A DNA stretch of 62,491 nt, counting the filler, from Sphacelaria rigidula (taxonomy: Eukaryota), in NCBI GenBank assembly GCA_964200075.2. It is 6 parts of 6 records of this genome, joined end to end, with 100 filler letters (N's around TTAATTAATTAA, not from the genome) between each part and the next. Parts side by side here need not be neighbours in the genome. Positions count along the whole stretch, not along the records: positions 20,868 to 31,199 come from CAXNAA020006703.1; positions 31,300 to 41,631 come from CAXNAA020006704.1; 4 more parts are not named here. The stretch is one strand, 5' to 3'. Below are positions 23,260-36,617 of the stretch, piece after piece. Numbering within the stretch: the first letter of the stretch is position 1; every line of letters begins with the position of its first letter. A program made the position numbers and the translations under genes. The notes below the pieces were generated by a model. The model was not told the origin of the DNA, did not search any database, and worked only from the letters and a program-made list of their open reading frames with translations.

Positions 23260-25719
23260 CTGCAGGCCAAGAATAGCGAAATGTGGTATGCCTCGGGTGT
23301 AAATAGCGATGTGTCGACAGTGAGTATTGCTGGGATGACACTTCCTACGATAGCCCTCCCCCCGAAGTGCCTGGTTTGAGCAAGGCGATATCCTCACGTA
23401 AATTGAAATGGAAAAAGCCGAGCACAACGAGCAGCTGGGAATTCCCAAGCTCGGGTTCGTTTTCGCCGATGTCGCCCATATGAGGAGCTTCATGCAGCCT
23501 GAACCCAAATATCAGGCGCTGCATGACCATTTTTCGCGACACTTTCGAGCTCCGTTTTTTTTGGGGGGGGTTATCATAGAAAGTGCCGAATATGTTCTAG
23601 TCTTTGTTGCTGCTGATTTGCTGATTCGATTGGTTAGTTGTCGCGCATCAACTGATCATTATCCACAAGAGGGATCCAGCCATGGTCATTATGCGCACGA
23701 TACGCGTACCCAAGGTACCCAAAATGGCATGGCTCGTTAAAGAAAAAGATGAACCAGAAAAAAACGTGAAAGGAGACAAGTGAGAAGAAAAAAAATCAAT
23801 GCACACACACAAAAAAAAAAATTGAGCAGGAAAAGGAAAGGAAACGAACGGAATGGAACGGAGGGTAATCAGCATATATTAAACCGCACGGCAGACGTGA
23901 TTTATTCGTCCAAAATATATGGCACAAATAAACACCTTATGTTCGTTCAAATATTACGCTCATGAAGCTGATGACAAGAACCGCAAGATGTGTTCACCCT
24001 AGCGTCTTCCGAGATGTTGTATACCACATATGCACTTGGCGGTGGGAAAAAGGCGGTGACCATGCCGCGACCCAAGCTTCCCGGTGTCTTTTGTTTTTCC
24101 AAGATAATTCCAATATACCCCTTGACATGTAAGTAGTTGAATGAGAGACGTACATTGTCTACACGATTTATAGTATACTTCCATTTCTACGCAAAAAAGC
24201 GGTTTTGATACATACTTCACAATGAATTCGTGAAGAGAGTACGAGTGGGAGGGTGAGGAAGCCGTTGAAATATCCTGTTCGTCTCCAGCACCCAGCTACA
24301 GGCCGCTTGGGATCTTGCCCATTTTGTTTAGACAAAGGTGGACCGATATGAATGATCGCTTCGTTGCATTTTTTTGCCTCTTGACAAATGCTACTATCCA
24401 TCGTATACACTGCTGCTGCTTCGCCACTTTCGTACTTCGGCATTTGGGGTTGAGATATTCAATATTCAGCACGATGAGAGGTGTTCGCTTGTATTTACAA
24501 TCACAAAACTCTTGGATACCTCGGCGCCCATATGGTTGATTTGATTGATTTGATCGGTTGCTTGGTTGATTGCTTGTCGCACTTTAACTGATCCCCCAGG
24601 AGTCATGATCCAGCCAAGGTCATTATCCACAGAATAGACGTACGTACCCGAGAAGAAAACAAAACCGAAACACTCAGAGAAGAAAAAGAAGGGACAGAAA
24701 AAGTTGAACAGAACGACTTGGTCTAGTAGACTGAGCTGTGAAAACAAGGAGGAGAGTAAATAGTCAACAAAAGCAAAGCACAGGAAGGAATGGCCGATCA
24801 AAGAAAACGAAAAAAAGGAAAAGGCCCCAAGTTGTGACAAAAGCTAAACCACGGCATGTTTTTGTCATATATGCATCGTCTCAGTTCATGACTTCAAAAC
24901 TGGGCAAGGAAAACAGCCTTTTTGAAAGGTGCTGCTTGTTCATTCCTGGGGCCGTATTGTGTGTGTTCACGTGCATGCCATCGGTGCCTATGCACCTTCA
25001 CTTAATGGCTGTGCAGCGAAGCATCATTTACGACACCGACTTCTATTTTTTTTTCCGTATGCTGCACGTATGTTGTCATCCCGATGCCCCTCACATGACA
25101 ATCATGGAGGCACTGTTCACAATCGTCGTCATCATCGTGCACAATACGAATACTCGGTCGGGGTTTTACGACTTCAAGCGACGCCCCGTCAACTGATCGA
25201 TTGCTTGCTTGCTCGATTGATGGAACCAGTGAGTGACTGGTTGACTCGTGACCGCACGCATGAAGTGGTCTGCTATGAGTTCAGTCACGGTCACGAGATA
25301 GACATGCGTCAACTCAGGTGAATAATTGGCGACACTCACTAGAGGAAACTCGAGGAAGGAGGGAGAGGGGCGAAGAAAATGAGCGGAATCACAAGAGGTG
25401 TACCGTGAATAACGGCAAACGGTCAGTTTTACTATAAATAGCGACAAAAGGTTGGGAAAAAAAAACTTCCTGGGCTTTCGACAAGAGGTCGCAAGAGAAG
25501 GGAGGGGGCGGACACAGGCTGCGGTTCAGCCATCTGGTGACCGCACTATCAGGCAAGATCTCCCCGCCGCCAGCTCTGCGGAACAAAGACCTATGCGAAC
25601 GCTGGCGTTTGCCTTTACTGGTGGTGGTGGATGTGCCACGTGGTGACTCGGACGCCGGCTACCTTTTGCGCCACACAAGATTCGTACCCTGAACTGATGT
25701 TTTGTGTGCGAGTGTGTAC

Positions 25720-25888
25720 CTTGTTTGGGTCGGACCCGGTGCTGAGGACAAAAATGAGCGGCATGATGACCGACGAATCCTCGTAGCAGGCCTTGAGGTC
25801 GAAGGTTGGAGGCTCTACGAAGGATACCCCCATCACATCCACGACGAAGGCTTGCATTGCTTCCGTCATTTTGTCACGACGCAGACAT
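25720..25888 (-). CDS. Axonemal dynein heavy chain, exon 3
   Basis: cag|(R)CLRRDKMTEAMQAFVVDVMGVSFVEPPTFDLKACYEDSSVIMPLIFVLSTGSDPNK|gtacac; 'PLIFVLS.GSDP' motif. Confidence 0.95.
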
Positions 25889-28800
25889 CTGACGAAGGGG
25901 GGGGAAACACGAAGAGCACGGGATTAGGTCAATGAAACACTCGATCCAGAAAACACTAACGACGCCCCCACATCCACCAAGGTATGTGCTCTAATTTTGA
26001 GTTGAAGCTGATGCGGTAATTCTCGTCGACTGTTGTTCTGGGCGTGGTCCCTCCTCTCCAATCACCCATTTTTGTACCCCACGCTTGTGTACTCCACCGT
26101 TCTTGTTACCTTCGCTCTTCCCATTCTCGTGTACTTTTCGTGTTTTTTGCGTCCTGTATTTTTTTCGCCGTTTTTGCTTCATTCTTCCTGTGTTTACCTT
26201 TTTGGCAGATCTAATGTGTATGTTTCACCACACCCTGAACAACCTGAAGGGGAAGGAGGGGGGGGGGGGGTGTATTCATGATCTTGCATGCCATAGTCAT
26301 TAGACCGTTGACCTCGCACCCCTACAATGCCGGGACTGAGTACGCCGGGTTTTCGCCGGACGGGTCGCACTCAATCACCAAGCGCAAAGCGCCGTCGTGT
26401 GTTCGGCGAGTCGCATGAAGGTTGCGCTGAATCCTGCTAAGATTGTTCGGCCCGAAGCCTACTGACTATCTTGCATTTGGATGGCAGCCTCCAACAAGTT
26501 GCTCTATTTTCAGGCATCGCCACTTCCAGAGACAGCCACCGCTTTATCACTGCCTCATGGGTGTCTCACCGTTCAAACACTGCGTAGTACGATCATGCCT
26601 ATTATGCGGAGTCGAGGTTCTCTTACGCCGCACAGCATGATCTCGCTCGACTAGTATACCATCATGGTTACCGAAACAAAAAGCAAGCGGGCAAAAACAA
26701 AACGGTAACCGGGTTGCCTAGCTTACGCAGTGAGTGGGTGGCGTGTTTTATAGCGTCATCGCCAACCGACGTCAACCCCATCGGGGCTTTACCCCCACGA
26801 AGCCGGGACGGAACACGCCGGGTTCTCGCCGGATCAGGAAGGGGAAGGTGGGGGGGTGTACTCATGATCATGCATGCCATATTCAGAAGACCATTGACCT
26901 CGCATCCCTCCAAAGCCGGGACAGAGCACGCCGGGTTTTCGCCGGACCAGGTTCACAGGCTCGCAAAGGTGGGAAGGGAGGGGGGTGGGGGGCAACTCAT
27001 TGTTGCTTGCCTCATTTGTTTCACCATTGACCACGCATCCCTTTCAAGGTCAACAACTCGGGGGGAGGAGCTTTTTCCTCTGTTTTCTCTCGATGTCTCT
27101 GTCTGTGTCTGTCTGTGTCCTATTCGGTGTTGGTTTGCCTTGCTTTCGGAACCTCCGTAGAAGCAATGGGCACTCTACCTCACGCGAGGAACAGCAGGGA
27201 CGGGACCGGAACGGCGAGCGGGAGTCTGCGATCACGAGTTCGAGAAATCGGAATAATGTGCGAGAATAATTAAACTAAAGGTCACTTTGCAACTCAACCT
27301 CTACACGACGGTTGTGGTAGGTCGGAAGACGCGACAAGAGGGAACCGCCAGCGGTGAACGTTCGTTTTGCTGGGAGTTCTAGACTCGGGGCGAAATTTCG
27401 CTTCAGAAGAACCTTCGGTAGAATCGAGGCTTCTCTTTTTTTTTGTCCTGAGAACAAGAGTAAAACAAGTTTGACGCAAAGAAGGGCAAATAAAACAGCT
27501 GATGATGACGAGGAATCGAACCAGCGTGTTCGCGTTGCAAAATATATCGTCTCCCTCCCTCAGGAACCTTTTGCAAAAAATCCGCGGTGTGAAATCCGTG
27601 AAATATTCGCTACGGGTTACGCTGTAAATCCGTAGCAGGAGACGTAATATGAATCCGTTCAAAGCGGAATGTGCGCGGATCGAGTCCCCGTCCCGTTTAC
27701 GTGTTCGTGTTCCCTCTTTTACTCATATTTCTCTTTAGGTCTGACGCTGATTGTCGCACTTTAACTGACCCCCCAGGGGTACAGCCGTGGCCTCATGATA
27801 GACGTACTCGAGAAACACGGAATTCAAACACGCTCTAAGACAAAGAAAAAGGAACAGAAAACAATAGGAACAGGAAAAAAAAAAAAGAGGGGTCGAACAG
27901 AACGACATAGATTAAGTCGTGACAAAAAGAAAGTAATCAAGATTCAACACAAGCAAAGCGCAGAAAGAAATGGCCGACCTAAAGCAAGAAAGAGGGAAAC
28001 AAGACGCTGCAGTCATCACTCCGTAAAACCACGGTTTTATCCGTACATACCCCTGGAAATTTCGCTTCAGAAGAACCTTCGGTAGAACCGAGGCTTTTCC
28101 AACCCAACGACTGCGCACCCACAATGCCACGGGTAGGGGTGCACGTTTCTTTTCCTTCTGGGGCTCTCTGCTGTAGGAGCCCCTCGACGAACAAATACCT
28201 GGGGTTTCCGGTGCAGCCTTAATCATTCGGAGACCGGACTCTTTCTGGCAGGGGCGTTTTCGTGAGGCGGCATCATTTTCAGCCCTCATGTTTCTGGCAG
28301 TCTGGTCCCAAAAGGATTGAGACAAGATTTGACTCAAACAAAGGGCGCACCCATACCGTGGCATCATGCATTGTATCACTCGTGTACCGAGGGAGAGATG
28401 GGACGGTTCCTCGAAGCCATGAAGTCGTCGCGAGGAAGGAGAACAGTAAGAAGTGTGGGGAAACACCAAACAAGTCCGTGGGTAACGGCTGCTTTGCCGT
28501 ACTGGCTTGCTGAATACCAAGACTCCCAGCATACGCAGTAGGTAGTCCAAGTGCACGGTAGCCGTACTCCTACCACAGAGTTCCCCGCGGTGGGACGTGG
28601 GCTGGTTGGCGACGAGCATTCTTCGGAGAGCCAACGTTGTACATACGTTTGCCAAGTTTGCCTACGAGATGGAATTTTGGAAAAAGAATAGAGTGAGCAT
28701 GTGCGTTCTGGTATACCCTGTGGTCATCTGTGCACCCGCAAAGTGTATCAACTACACCCTGGACAAAAGATTCCATTGCCAAAAAGTGTATAGCGTAGAG

Positions 28801-29278
28801 TATCGACTATTGCGTCTATTGCAATAGACAATAGATTCGATACTGTGCGCAGTACATTGTTTCAATGGTATCTATTGTCTAGTTAAAGTGCGACAATCAA
28901 CCATTCAATCAAATCTATTGTCCAGGGTGTGGCATGAACCTACGCGTCGTGAATATAAACAAAGGCGACCCTAGGTGCTTACAGGCACTGTACTTAGGTA
29001 GCCGTTGGCCTGAGCCACCCCTACACCTTTTGATCCAAGGTGTGACCGTAGCATCGGAAAACCCCTGATCAATAAATACAAGCAATATGGGGTAGTCCTG
29101 AATTGTGCGTAATGTTTCCACCGCTTTCCGCGTCCACTCGATATTTTCCGTTCTTCAGCTTCCCGTAGCAAGTATCGTGGATGGTAGAGCCGGACAAAAT
29201 GGGCCAATCATGGGAGACCACCGACCCCGAAACATACCCAGTGTGGAGCATGACCAGAAATAATCTCCCGGTCGGTAC

Positions 29279-29425
29279 CTTAGGATGCACATCCGCCTCA
29301 GCCACCCCTCCACATCCTTGTCCCCATAGCTTCCTTCGCCGAAGACTGCCGAGCCTGCCTTCCGCGGCAGTTCGTTCGACGGGGGGGGGAACGTTGCCAC
29401 ATGCGGCTCGTTCGAGTCGAACACC
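29279..29425 (-). CDS. Axonemal dynein heavy chain, exon 2
   Basis: cag|(R)VFDSNEPHVATFPPPSNELPRKAGSAVFGEGSYGDKDVEGWLRRMCIL(R)|gtaccg; phase 2/2, fits both neighbours. Confidence 0.85.
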
Positions 29426-29662
29426 CTGACCAGAGAGCAAACCCAGGAGAGCACAGCGTTTCGGAAGCAGAACAATATTTGTGGCACCTTATAGGTAGGA
29501 GGGGGGAGGGGGGCAATGTTGAGAGAAATAGGCAAAGCCAAAAGACCACACACCCCGAATACGAGTATTCATGATGAACTACGAATAGAAGAGAATGAGC
29601 AAAGCCAATGCGAACCCCCTAATTCGGGAATATTTCTACTGCATGCGAGCAATGGTGTGAAC

Positions 29663-30087
29663 ACGGGATTTCACGAATTGAGGATGGACTATTTCTCGGG
29701 GATGAGAACCCGGAGAATTAGAATCTTCGTATCCACACCAAATCTTCGAAACATGGTCTCATTTGTTCACTTGCTGGTAGCTATTGACAACTACTACACG
29801 CCATACAAAATTGGATTTCAGTTATCGAAATGTCGGAGTCCTAGGTGGGAAACCAATTTTGGCGTGCGATCGGATTACCTAAATCCCCCAGAATTGGTTC
29901 TTCACCTAGGACCCCGACATTCCGGTTATCGGAATCCGAATTTGTATGACGCGTAGTAGTTGTCAATAGCTACCAGCAAGTGAAGAAATGGAAGCATACT
30001 TGGAAGATTTGGTGTGGATACGGATATTTTAACTCTCCGGGTTTTCATCCCGAATAAATAATCTATCCCCAATTTGTAAAATCCCGT
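29663..30087. repeat. Long foldback (arms ~200 bp, loop ~30 bp) in a dynein intron
   Basis: For example ttcacttgctggtagctattgacaactactac pairs with gtagtagttgtcaatagctaccagcaagtgaa, and tgtcggagtcctaggtg with cacctaggaccccgaca. Confidence 0.9.
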
Positions 30088-30443
30088 CTTTGTGGGGGAA
30101 GGGGTGCACAAAATATACGTATGCTCTAACAGAAAGTTAGTGTTGTTCCAGGAAAATTCCGGAGAGAGATATGTTGTGCGGTAGACGCGCAATGATGAAG
30201 ATTAGATCGGGTTGATCTATTCCACCAGTAAGTACAATTACTCTGAGCAATATAGGGGGGCAGGTGCTTCAGATACAACACACAGCACGCACCACCTCCA
30301 GATACCCACTTCAGGACCTCATCGTCCTCCACTTCGACCATCATGTATTCACGTTCACAGTTCCCCTACGCTGGGTCAAAGTCCCGCCATTTCAAGCCAA
30401 ACGCGCGGATTTGCTTGCGTGGAAGATGTTTGAGTGCCCTCAC

Positions 30444-30637
30444 CTTCTCCACGCTACAGTTCTTTGCGCAAAAGCGGGAGCAAACTCCCTGAAGTAGTCC
30501 AGTCCACACAGAGCCTTGATCTCCGCCCACACATTCACTTCTATCCACACGGGGTCGGGGTTATCTAGCTCTGATTGCGCCGGGGACATACCAGATATCA
30601 GAAACCTCCATTCCGCAGCATCTATCCGATTGTCTCC
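30444..30637 (-). CDS. Axonemal dynein heavy chain, exon 1 of those seen
   Basis: cag|GDNRIDAAEWRFLISGMSPAQSELDNPDPVWIEVNVWAEIKALCGLDYFREFAPAFAQRTVAWR(R)|gtgagg; 'EWRFL..G...NP...W' dynein pattern. Confidence 0.92.
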
Positions 30638-30934
30638 CTGCGATTCCCGCGAATAAGCGCGTGGAGAGACTTCTGATGCTTTTGATATTTTCGACTTTCG
30701 AGTCACCCTACGATAGGGCGAGGGGAGGTATTTGATTGCACGAAAAAAGAGGCTCATAGGTATGTCAGACGACCTGCCACACGCTCGGTGCGCTTGTATT
30801 TCGTTTAAAACGATGTCAAACAGTATGGATCAGCGTTATATACCTGTATCAAGCTCGTTCGAAAACCCATGGCTGCTTTCAACGACGATTTGGCTTCAAA
30901 TTTCGTGCACGAAGTAGCCCCAAATCCCCCCCCC

Positions 30935-31199
30935 CACCTTATCGTAAAAAAGATGATACAGCAGAAAAAGGAGGAAGTTTGGAAAGGTGTAGTGAAAACA
31001 CCGAATGAAGCTTTTGACGGCGAGATGAGACAAACGTGGGCAGGGATAAAAGGGATCACGAGGAACCAGGCAGGAAAGATGGACAACGGGATAGCTACAC
31101 TCCGAGCACAGAACGGTAAAATGGTCAGTAGTTGGAAGGGGAAGAGAGAAGTGCTAGTCGCGCATTACTGTATAAACTAGGAACACCAGAAACAAGCAC
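30935..31199 (+). mobile_element. LINE ORF2 fragment (endonuclease-RT linker region), cut by the contig end
   Basis: IVKKMIQQKKEEVWKGVV...TWAGIKGITR...GIATLRAQNGKMVSSWKGKREVLVAHY resembles the segment preceding non-LTR RT domains; frameshifted. Confidence 0.65.
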
Positions 31200-31299
31200 N
31201 NNNNNNNNNNNNNNNNNNNNNNNNNNNNNNNNNNNNNNNNNNNTTAATTAATTAANNNNNNNNNNNNNNNNNNNNNNNNNNNNNNNNNNNNNNNNNNNN
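31200..31299. other. Artificial contig linker
   Basis: N44-TTAATTAATTAA-N44. Confidence 0.99.
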
Positions 31300-31552
31300 G
31301 GGGCGCGGGTGGGGGGGGGAGGGGAGGGGGGGGGGGGTGTGGGGCTGGAGGGGTGTGGGTGAGGGTCGGGGGACCTTTATTTTCATGTCGTGATGTAATT
31401 TTACATGGTACAGTAAAGGTACACTGTGCGCGCGAGTCACTGGTCAACTCTCCGTCACCCCCTCCCCCGACCAACAGAAATTTCTGCATGTGGTGTTAAC
31501 GGAGTACAAAAAAGAAACGACACTGTCTGTCGTCATACTCCACGAGCCTGAC

Positions 31553-31758
31553 CTTGGCCGACGACGGCGCTTTGTTCTTCTTCGCACTGGTCGCGCTATG
31601 TCGAACGCGAGCAGGTGAGGGTGACGCTGGCGCCGACAGCTGCTGATGGTCACCCACAGTTTCCGCGAGCTTGAGGTCACAACCGCGGACGTTGGTGATG
31701 CCATCGACGCCCGAGAGCTTTAACTTGTACCATCCTTGCCCCTTCTCCACTACAATTC
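31553..31758 (-). CDS. KOW-motif hypothetical protein, coding exon 2
   Basis: cag|(G)IVVEKGQGWYKLKLSGVDGITNVRGCDLKLAETVGDHQQLSAPASPSPARVRHSATSAKKNKAPSSAK|gtcagg; phase 1 matches the exon at 36527-36617. Confidence 0.75.
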
Positions 31759-32721
31759 CTGGGGTTTGATTGTTGTCGGCGGAGGGGGGTAATACTGCAT
31801 CAGTGGAATTAGTACTACCATCGGCGTACGTTCGGTGACGATGTCTTGATCAAAGTTTTAGCGAAAATAACTTCTGATCCGAATGGGCCCGCTATTTGTT
31901 TTGAGCAGAATCTGGACCAGTACATACACATCACCGACAATATAGAGAGGCAATGGGGTCGACCAAGATGCTGCAGGTGGAGTCATACCTTGGAATACTC
32001 ACTTTGTTGCTGTTCTGGGTGGTAACATGGTGCGTCCATCACAGTTCGTCTATTTTATACGTTCGTGATAACCTGAAAACAAACACGAATTTAAACGTGA
32101 AACAACACTATTCGTGACGGCGGGGTCGAGCTCTGTCGACAGCCACGGATTTGTTTCTTTGAGGGGAGGGCGGGAATATGCAACATATTGGGCCAAAATT
32201 ACCCCCAAATGCCCAACTTTAGCCATGATTGAGCGAAATTCAATCCGGTTTTCCGCAACAAAACACGACATTTTCCCCTGTAAAAACACCTCGTGTGTAT
32301 GTATGTGAACATCAACACAGCATGCAAACCACACCCCGCACATTGGAGAGTTTCGGGCGGAGAAATATCTCATCATGGAGTCAGAGTTCAGAGTGGAAGC
32401 TTTGGAGCTGAGAGTGGACGCTAAACAGTTCACAGCGGAAGCTGATGTGACGTGGCTTGACGTGGATTTTTTCGTCGCAGTGATTAGCCGCAGGGTATGC
32501 CGCCAAATGTGCGATTGACCAGCGTCCAGTTCAAAAATTCATAGGCCAACACAGCATTGACTGTACAATTACAGTAGCGAGTCTGTGTTGTACCGTACCC
32601 TACGGTGTACCCTGCGGCACCGTACGTACTGTACGTTATGCTTCATTGCACTGGCGGTACTTCAATGCATTACGGTGCACTACAGGGCACTGTTGCAGTG
32701 CTGTGCAGTGTGGAGTACAGG

Positions 32722-34062
32722 CAGTTATGGGTCGGGATGGGGGCCGATTTGGGGTACTACATTTCGGGAAAGTCCACCCCGACCTCTGTATGCGTAGGAA
32801 CTGGATCGTGATCGGGCGAATCATATCGATCAAAGATACGCGTGTGTCACCTCGAAATTACGACTACGCTCATATACAATGTACTATCATTATACTACAT
32901 TCTACAACAGTGACCGCGAGTTCGCTGGATCGGACTAATGTAAGGAAATAATAATAATAATGATAATACAACAAACCTAGGACTGACGTTTCTGCACACC
33001 TGTACACAGGGTCACAACAACAGGAGGATAGAAACTGTTGTGCTCGTGTTGTTGTGCCGATCGCGCAACGCTTACATCTACGCAACGAAGCGGAGGATTG
33101 GACTGCGGTCTTGCGTGCGATTCCCATACACCCAAGCGAGGTCCTCAAGTTACTTTATCGCATTTGCACGTGATACTGATTGATTGTCGCCTATAACTGA
33201 CCCCCCAGGGGTCCACCCGTGGTCTCATGATAGACGTACCCAGGAAAAAGGAAACTGAAACACGCTCTGAAGAAAAGAAGCAACAGGAAAAAAAAAAGTC
33301 GAACAGAACGACATAGCAGACTAAGTCATAACAAAAAAAGTAATAAAAAAGTCAACACAAGAAAAGCACAGAAAGACATGGCCGACCTAGAACAAAAAAA
33401 AAGAGGAAAGTAAAGAGTAAATAAAATACAATACAATAAAACGATGAAGAAAGCGGAAAAGGCCCAAGGAATTCAGGGCAGCAGCGTGTATACAGATACA
33501 CACTAGTGCGCACCACAGGAACCGTGTAAGAACATAGTCAACAGACAGGATTCTCCGATTGGCAGCTCTCGACGCAGAATGAACAGCACCAGAGCTTCTC
33601 ACGTGGTGCCTCACCCTAGTACTAGCCTGACCCGACGCCGCATAAATTCACAGAGCGGACGGAATGTGGTGCTTTCGACGTGATACGGCCGTTCCAATTA
33701 AGCTGCAACAAACCCAAATGTACAAAAATAGGGTGTTTTCGGCTTTGGGGGGGCTTTTCCGGTCCACTGTTGCGACTTGAGCAAAATCTTAACCAGGTTC
33801 ACAACCTGTGGTGTGTATGCGGGGGGCTGTGGAATACCGCGGGCTGGCTTGCTTCCTGTGTCGAGAATCGCGCGATCTCAAGTGCTTCAGCTGTCCCATA
33901 CTAAACCAAGTTATTAAGTGATGAAACGTATGTACTGTTCATGAGGGCCTCGGCACGGGTGCGACCACCTACTGACGTGTTCGTTGCTCCTCCGCGCGTA
34001 TCATTATTTCTTTTGTCGGGTGGATTTTGGCCGTAAGGCCCTCCATGCCGACTCATAAACAG
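32722..34062. mobile_element. Non-autonomous TIR DNA transposon, copy A (interrupted by a retroposon)
   Basis: Colinear with 39208-40106; ends are cagttatgggtcgggatg and catgccgactcataaacag. Confidence 0.8.
33177..33677 (-). mobile_element. (CAAT)n-tailed retroposon insertion with a 9-bp TSD
   Basis: Flanked by acgtgatac at 33168-33176 and 33678-33686; absent from copy B of the host element. Confidence 0.75.
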
Positions 34063-36526
34063 TGCAATACAGAGAGTGCAATGCAAAACCCTACTACTAC
34101 AGTACATTGCGGTACGGCGAACTACAGCGATACCATGTAGACAGTCAGTTGTACAGTAAGTAGTACGGTAGGCAGCACTTTCAAACAACAGGCACACCCG
34201 CATTGTAATGATTTTCCAACATGCCATCCATAACGGTGGTGCAAGACGCCATGATCTCTGACGGAATGGCAATGCAGCCAGGTGTACAGAAGTACTGCTT
34301 GTGCGCTGTAGACTACGAATCGTTCGTCTTCTTCCAGCTGAGGCCGGCAAGAGTGAGAAACTGCACCCAAGGCAACGTCGTGTGCCCGCCGAGTATTTAA
34401 TTTTCACGCAACACCACCAAGCGAATGCTGATACCATGGGGGCGTCAGGGAGATTTTCTGCTTGCGATGCCAAGCGTTGCTACTTCGTGAATGGTCCATC
34501 GTGATGAGCATGGCAGTTGTGATGGATGTCCCACTTTGCTTGTTTGGGTATATTGATTTTGGACAGGCTGTGAACATGGTGGGGGTGGTTCTTTTTCGTG
34601 CCGCTCTATGAAGTTTATACAGGCACATCGATTTTCAGAGTGGAGAAGTCCAAACCGACCTCTCGCTCTGAAAAACTCGCTCTGAAAAACTTTTCATAGC
34701 GGAACCTGCACCGATACCGGCTATTTTTACTCCAACTCTGTATTCTTCATGATTTTTGTGCATTTCGTATAATCAAGTACCGTGTGTTTTGTACATGCGA
34801 TATTATATGATCTCCTGAGTGCCAGCAGCGACTAAACAACATCAGAGATATCTCAAGATTTTCTTCTCTCTCAGAATCTAGAAACTGAACGTTTATCTGG
34901 GTAATCTCGAGAGGATTCGTTTGCCGTCCTCCAGAATGAAATCGCATGGCTGAAAAAGTCCGGCTAAAAACGGAACAAGACCGTCTTCCGGATTCGGTTT
35001 TTCACCTATATGTCAGCGATCTATTTGCCCTGTAAGAATACCGATAAAACGTTCGTCTGCCAAATTAGAGAGCTGTCCGATTACGGTGTCAGAATTGTTC
35101 TCTGAAAGGTACACCCTCCAGCAAAGACAGAAGAAGGTTTCGAGTTTGTTCAAAGGGGAACACGGCACGAAAGAAAGAGAAAAAACCCTCTATGGGCATC
35201 TGTTCGAGACAGGGCCTCTAACGGTCCTGCAAGGAGTGTAAGCGCGGTGGACTTCACAGCATCTCACAGTGTGCATGGGCCATACCATCATGATATATGG
35301 GAACATGTGCAGCTCAAAAGTGGGAGGGCATTCGGCTGCCAGAGCAGTTCTAGTGGCGTGTTGAGGATGTGACGGCAGACAATACTCCCCCCACTCACCC
35401 ACCCACCCACGTCACGGTCTAGACTGCACGGTAGGCGAGCAGGTGTTCACCAGTACTTCGGGATAGGGTACTGGAACGCGAAACCCTCAATTTATTGAAC
35501 ATGTAGTCTCGCAAGGTACTGCTACTCACACTCTTCAGCATCTTGAACAAAATATCATCTCTTGAGTGCCGAAGTCAGTAATGACAAAGTCAGCCTGCTG
35601 CAGGTACGAGTGCCCGTTCCACCCGAGAAATATGTTTGATTCCGTATTATGCAGGCATCATCGTCTTGGGCAGAAGCGGATAGAACTTTCTTGAATGAGA
35701 ATGCTGGTTGCAGTACAGAAGTCATTTCGGAACACTTCCTGTTCTGCAGAGATACGCCGGACGCGTCAGCTCGTGAGGACACGAACGTTTGAGCCCTCCC
35801 CACATCACGCAATGCTAGAAGCAGACGTGGATTCAAAGAGAACGGTGCAAGCGTATTGGGGTCAGGCACTACACAAAATAACTGTGCGAGGATTCCACTC
35901 GAGGTTTGGGAGTGGCGGAGGAACCGGTGTGGTGTCGTTACTCATACCAGGCTGGTGCGAGCATCGCGATCCTTCACTGTATTCGGGTTAGTTGATGCCG
36001 TCGCAAGCTACGGCCGGTGGCGGCGCAGTGTTCTTCGCACACACTCTGTTGCACATTTTGATCATTTACGTTGTACTGGCTGGAGCGACAGCGTACTGTA
36101 GTTCGTGTTGATTTGACTGACCGTACACTGAATGCTCTGTCTGAGGGTGGCATAGCTCGAGCATTGCACTGCGCTCCGTACTGTTGTCGCTGACTGTCGT
36201 TGACTAATGTTTGAATTCGTTGATGTACAGACAGCACTGCGTGTATGCACTGGCTGGCGGCCTGCCCAGTTGAGACGGTAACCACGGATCTTGGGTCGAG
36301 AGCCGCAAAAGCAAACATTCTGGAGGGATTCGCCTACACGAACTCCGCAGCTTAGGCGAGAAATACGAAAATACTGCACACCTTGTGACCTTCTTCTGAC
36401 CAGCACGTAATGTAGCACCGGTACAGGGAACAGCGGTACAGTACGTATCGGTTCGTGGCCAGTGGTTGGTTCAAAACGAGGCAGTCTCGCGCAGGCTGTC
36501 GGCTGTGTTTGGCTGTGGATAAATAC

Positions 36527-36617
36527 CTGTATGGCCAAGCTGCTTCCCCTTTTCCACGACTACCGCATCGCCCACATCTATGCTGATGGAGGGGTCCTTG
36601 TCGTTCCTGCCCGGCAT
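36527..36617 (-). CDS. KOW-motif hypothetical protein, coding exon 1 (not in the ORF track)
   Basis: MPGRNDKDPSISIDVGDAVVVEKGKQLGHT(G)|gtattt. The spliced product gives VGDAVVVEKGKQLGHTGIV, matching the KOW consensus G-D-x-V-x-V-x-x-G-x-x-x-G-x-x-G-x-V. Confidence 0.75.

Noticed and set aside
27912..28655. 247-aa ORF (and most other 60-230 aa ORFs in the track)
   Set aside because: They overlap repeats or introns, or are antisense shadows, and have no protein-like composition or motifs.
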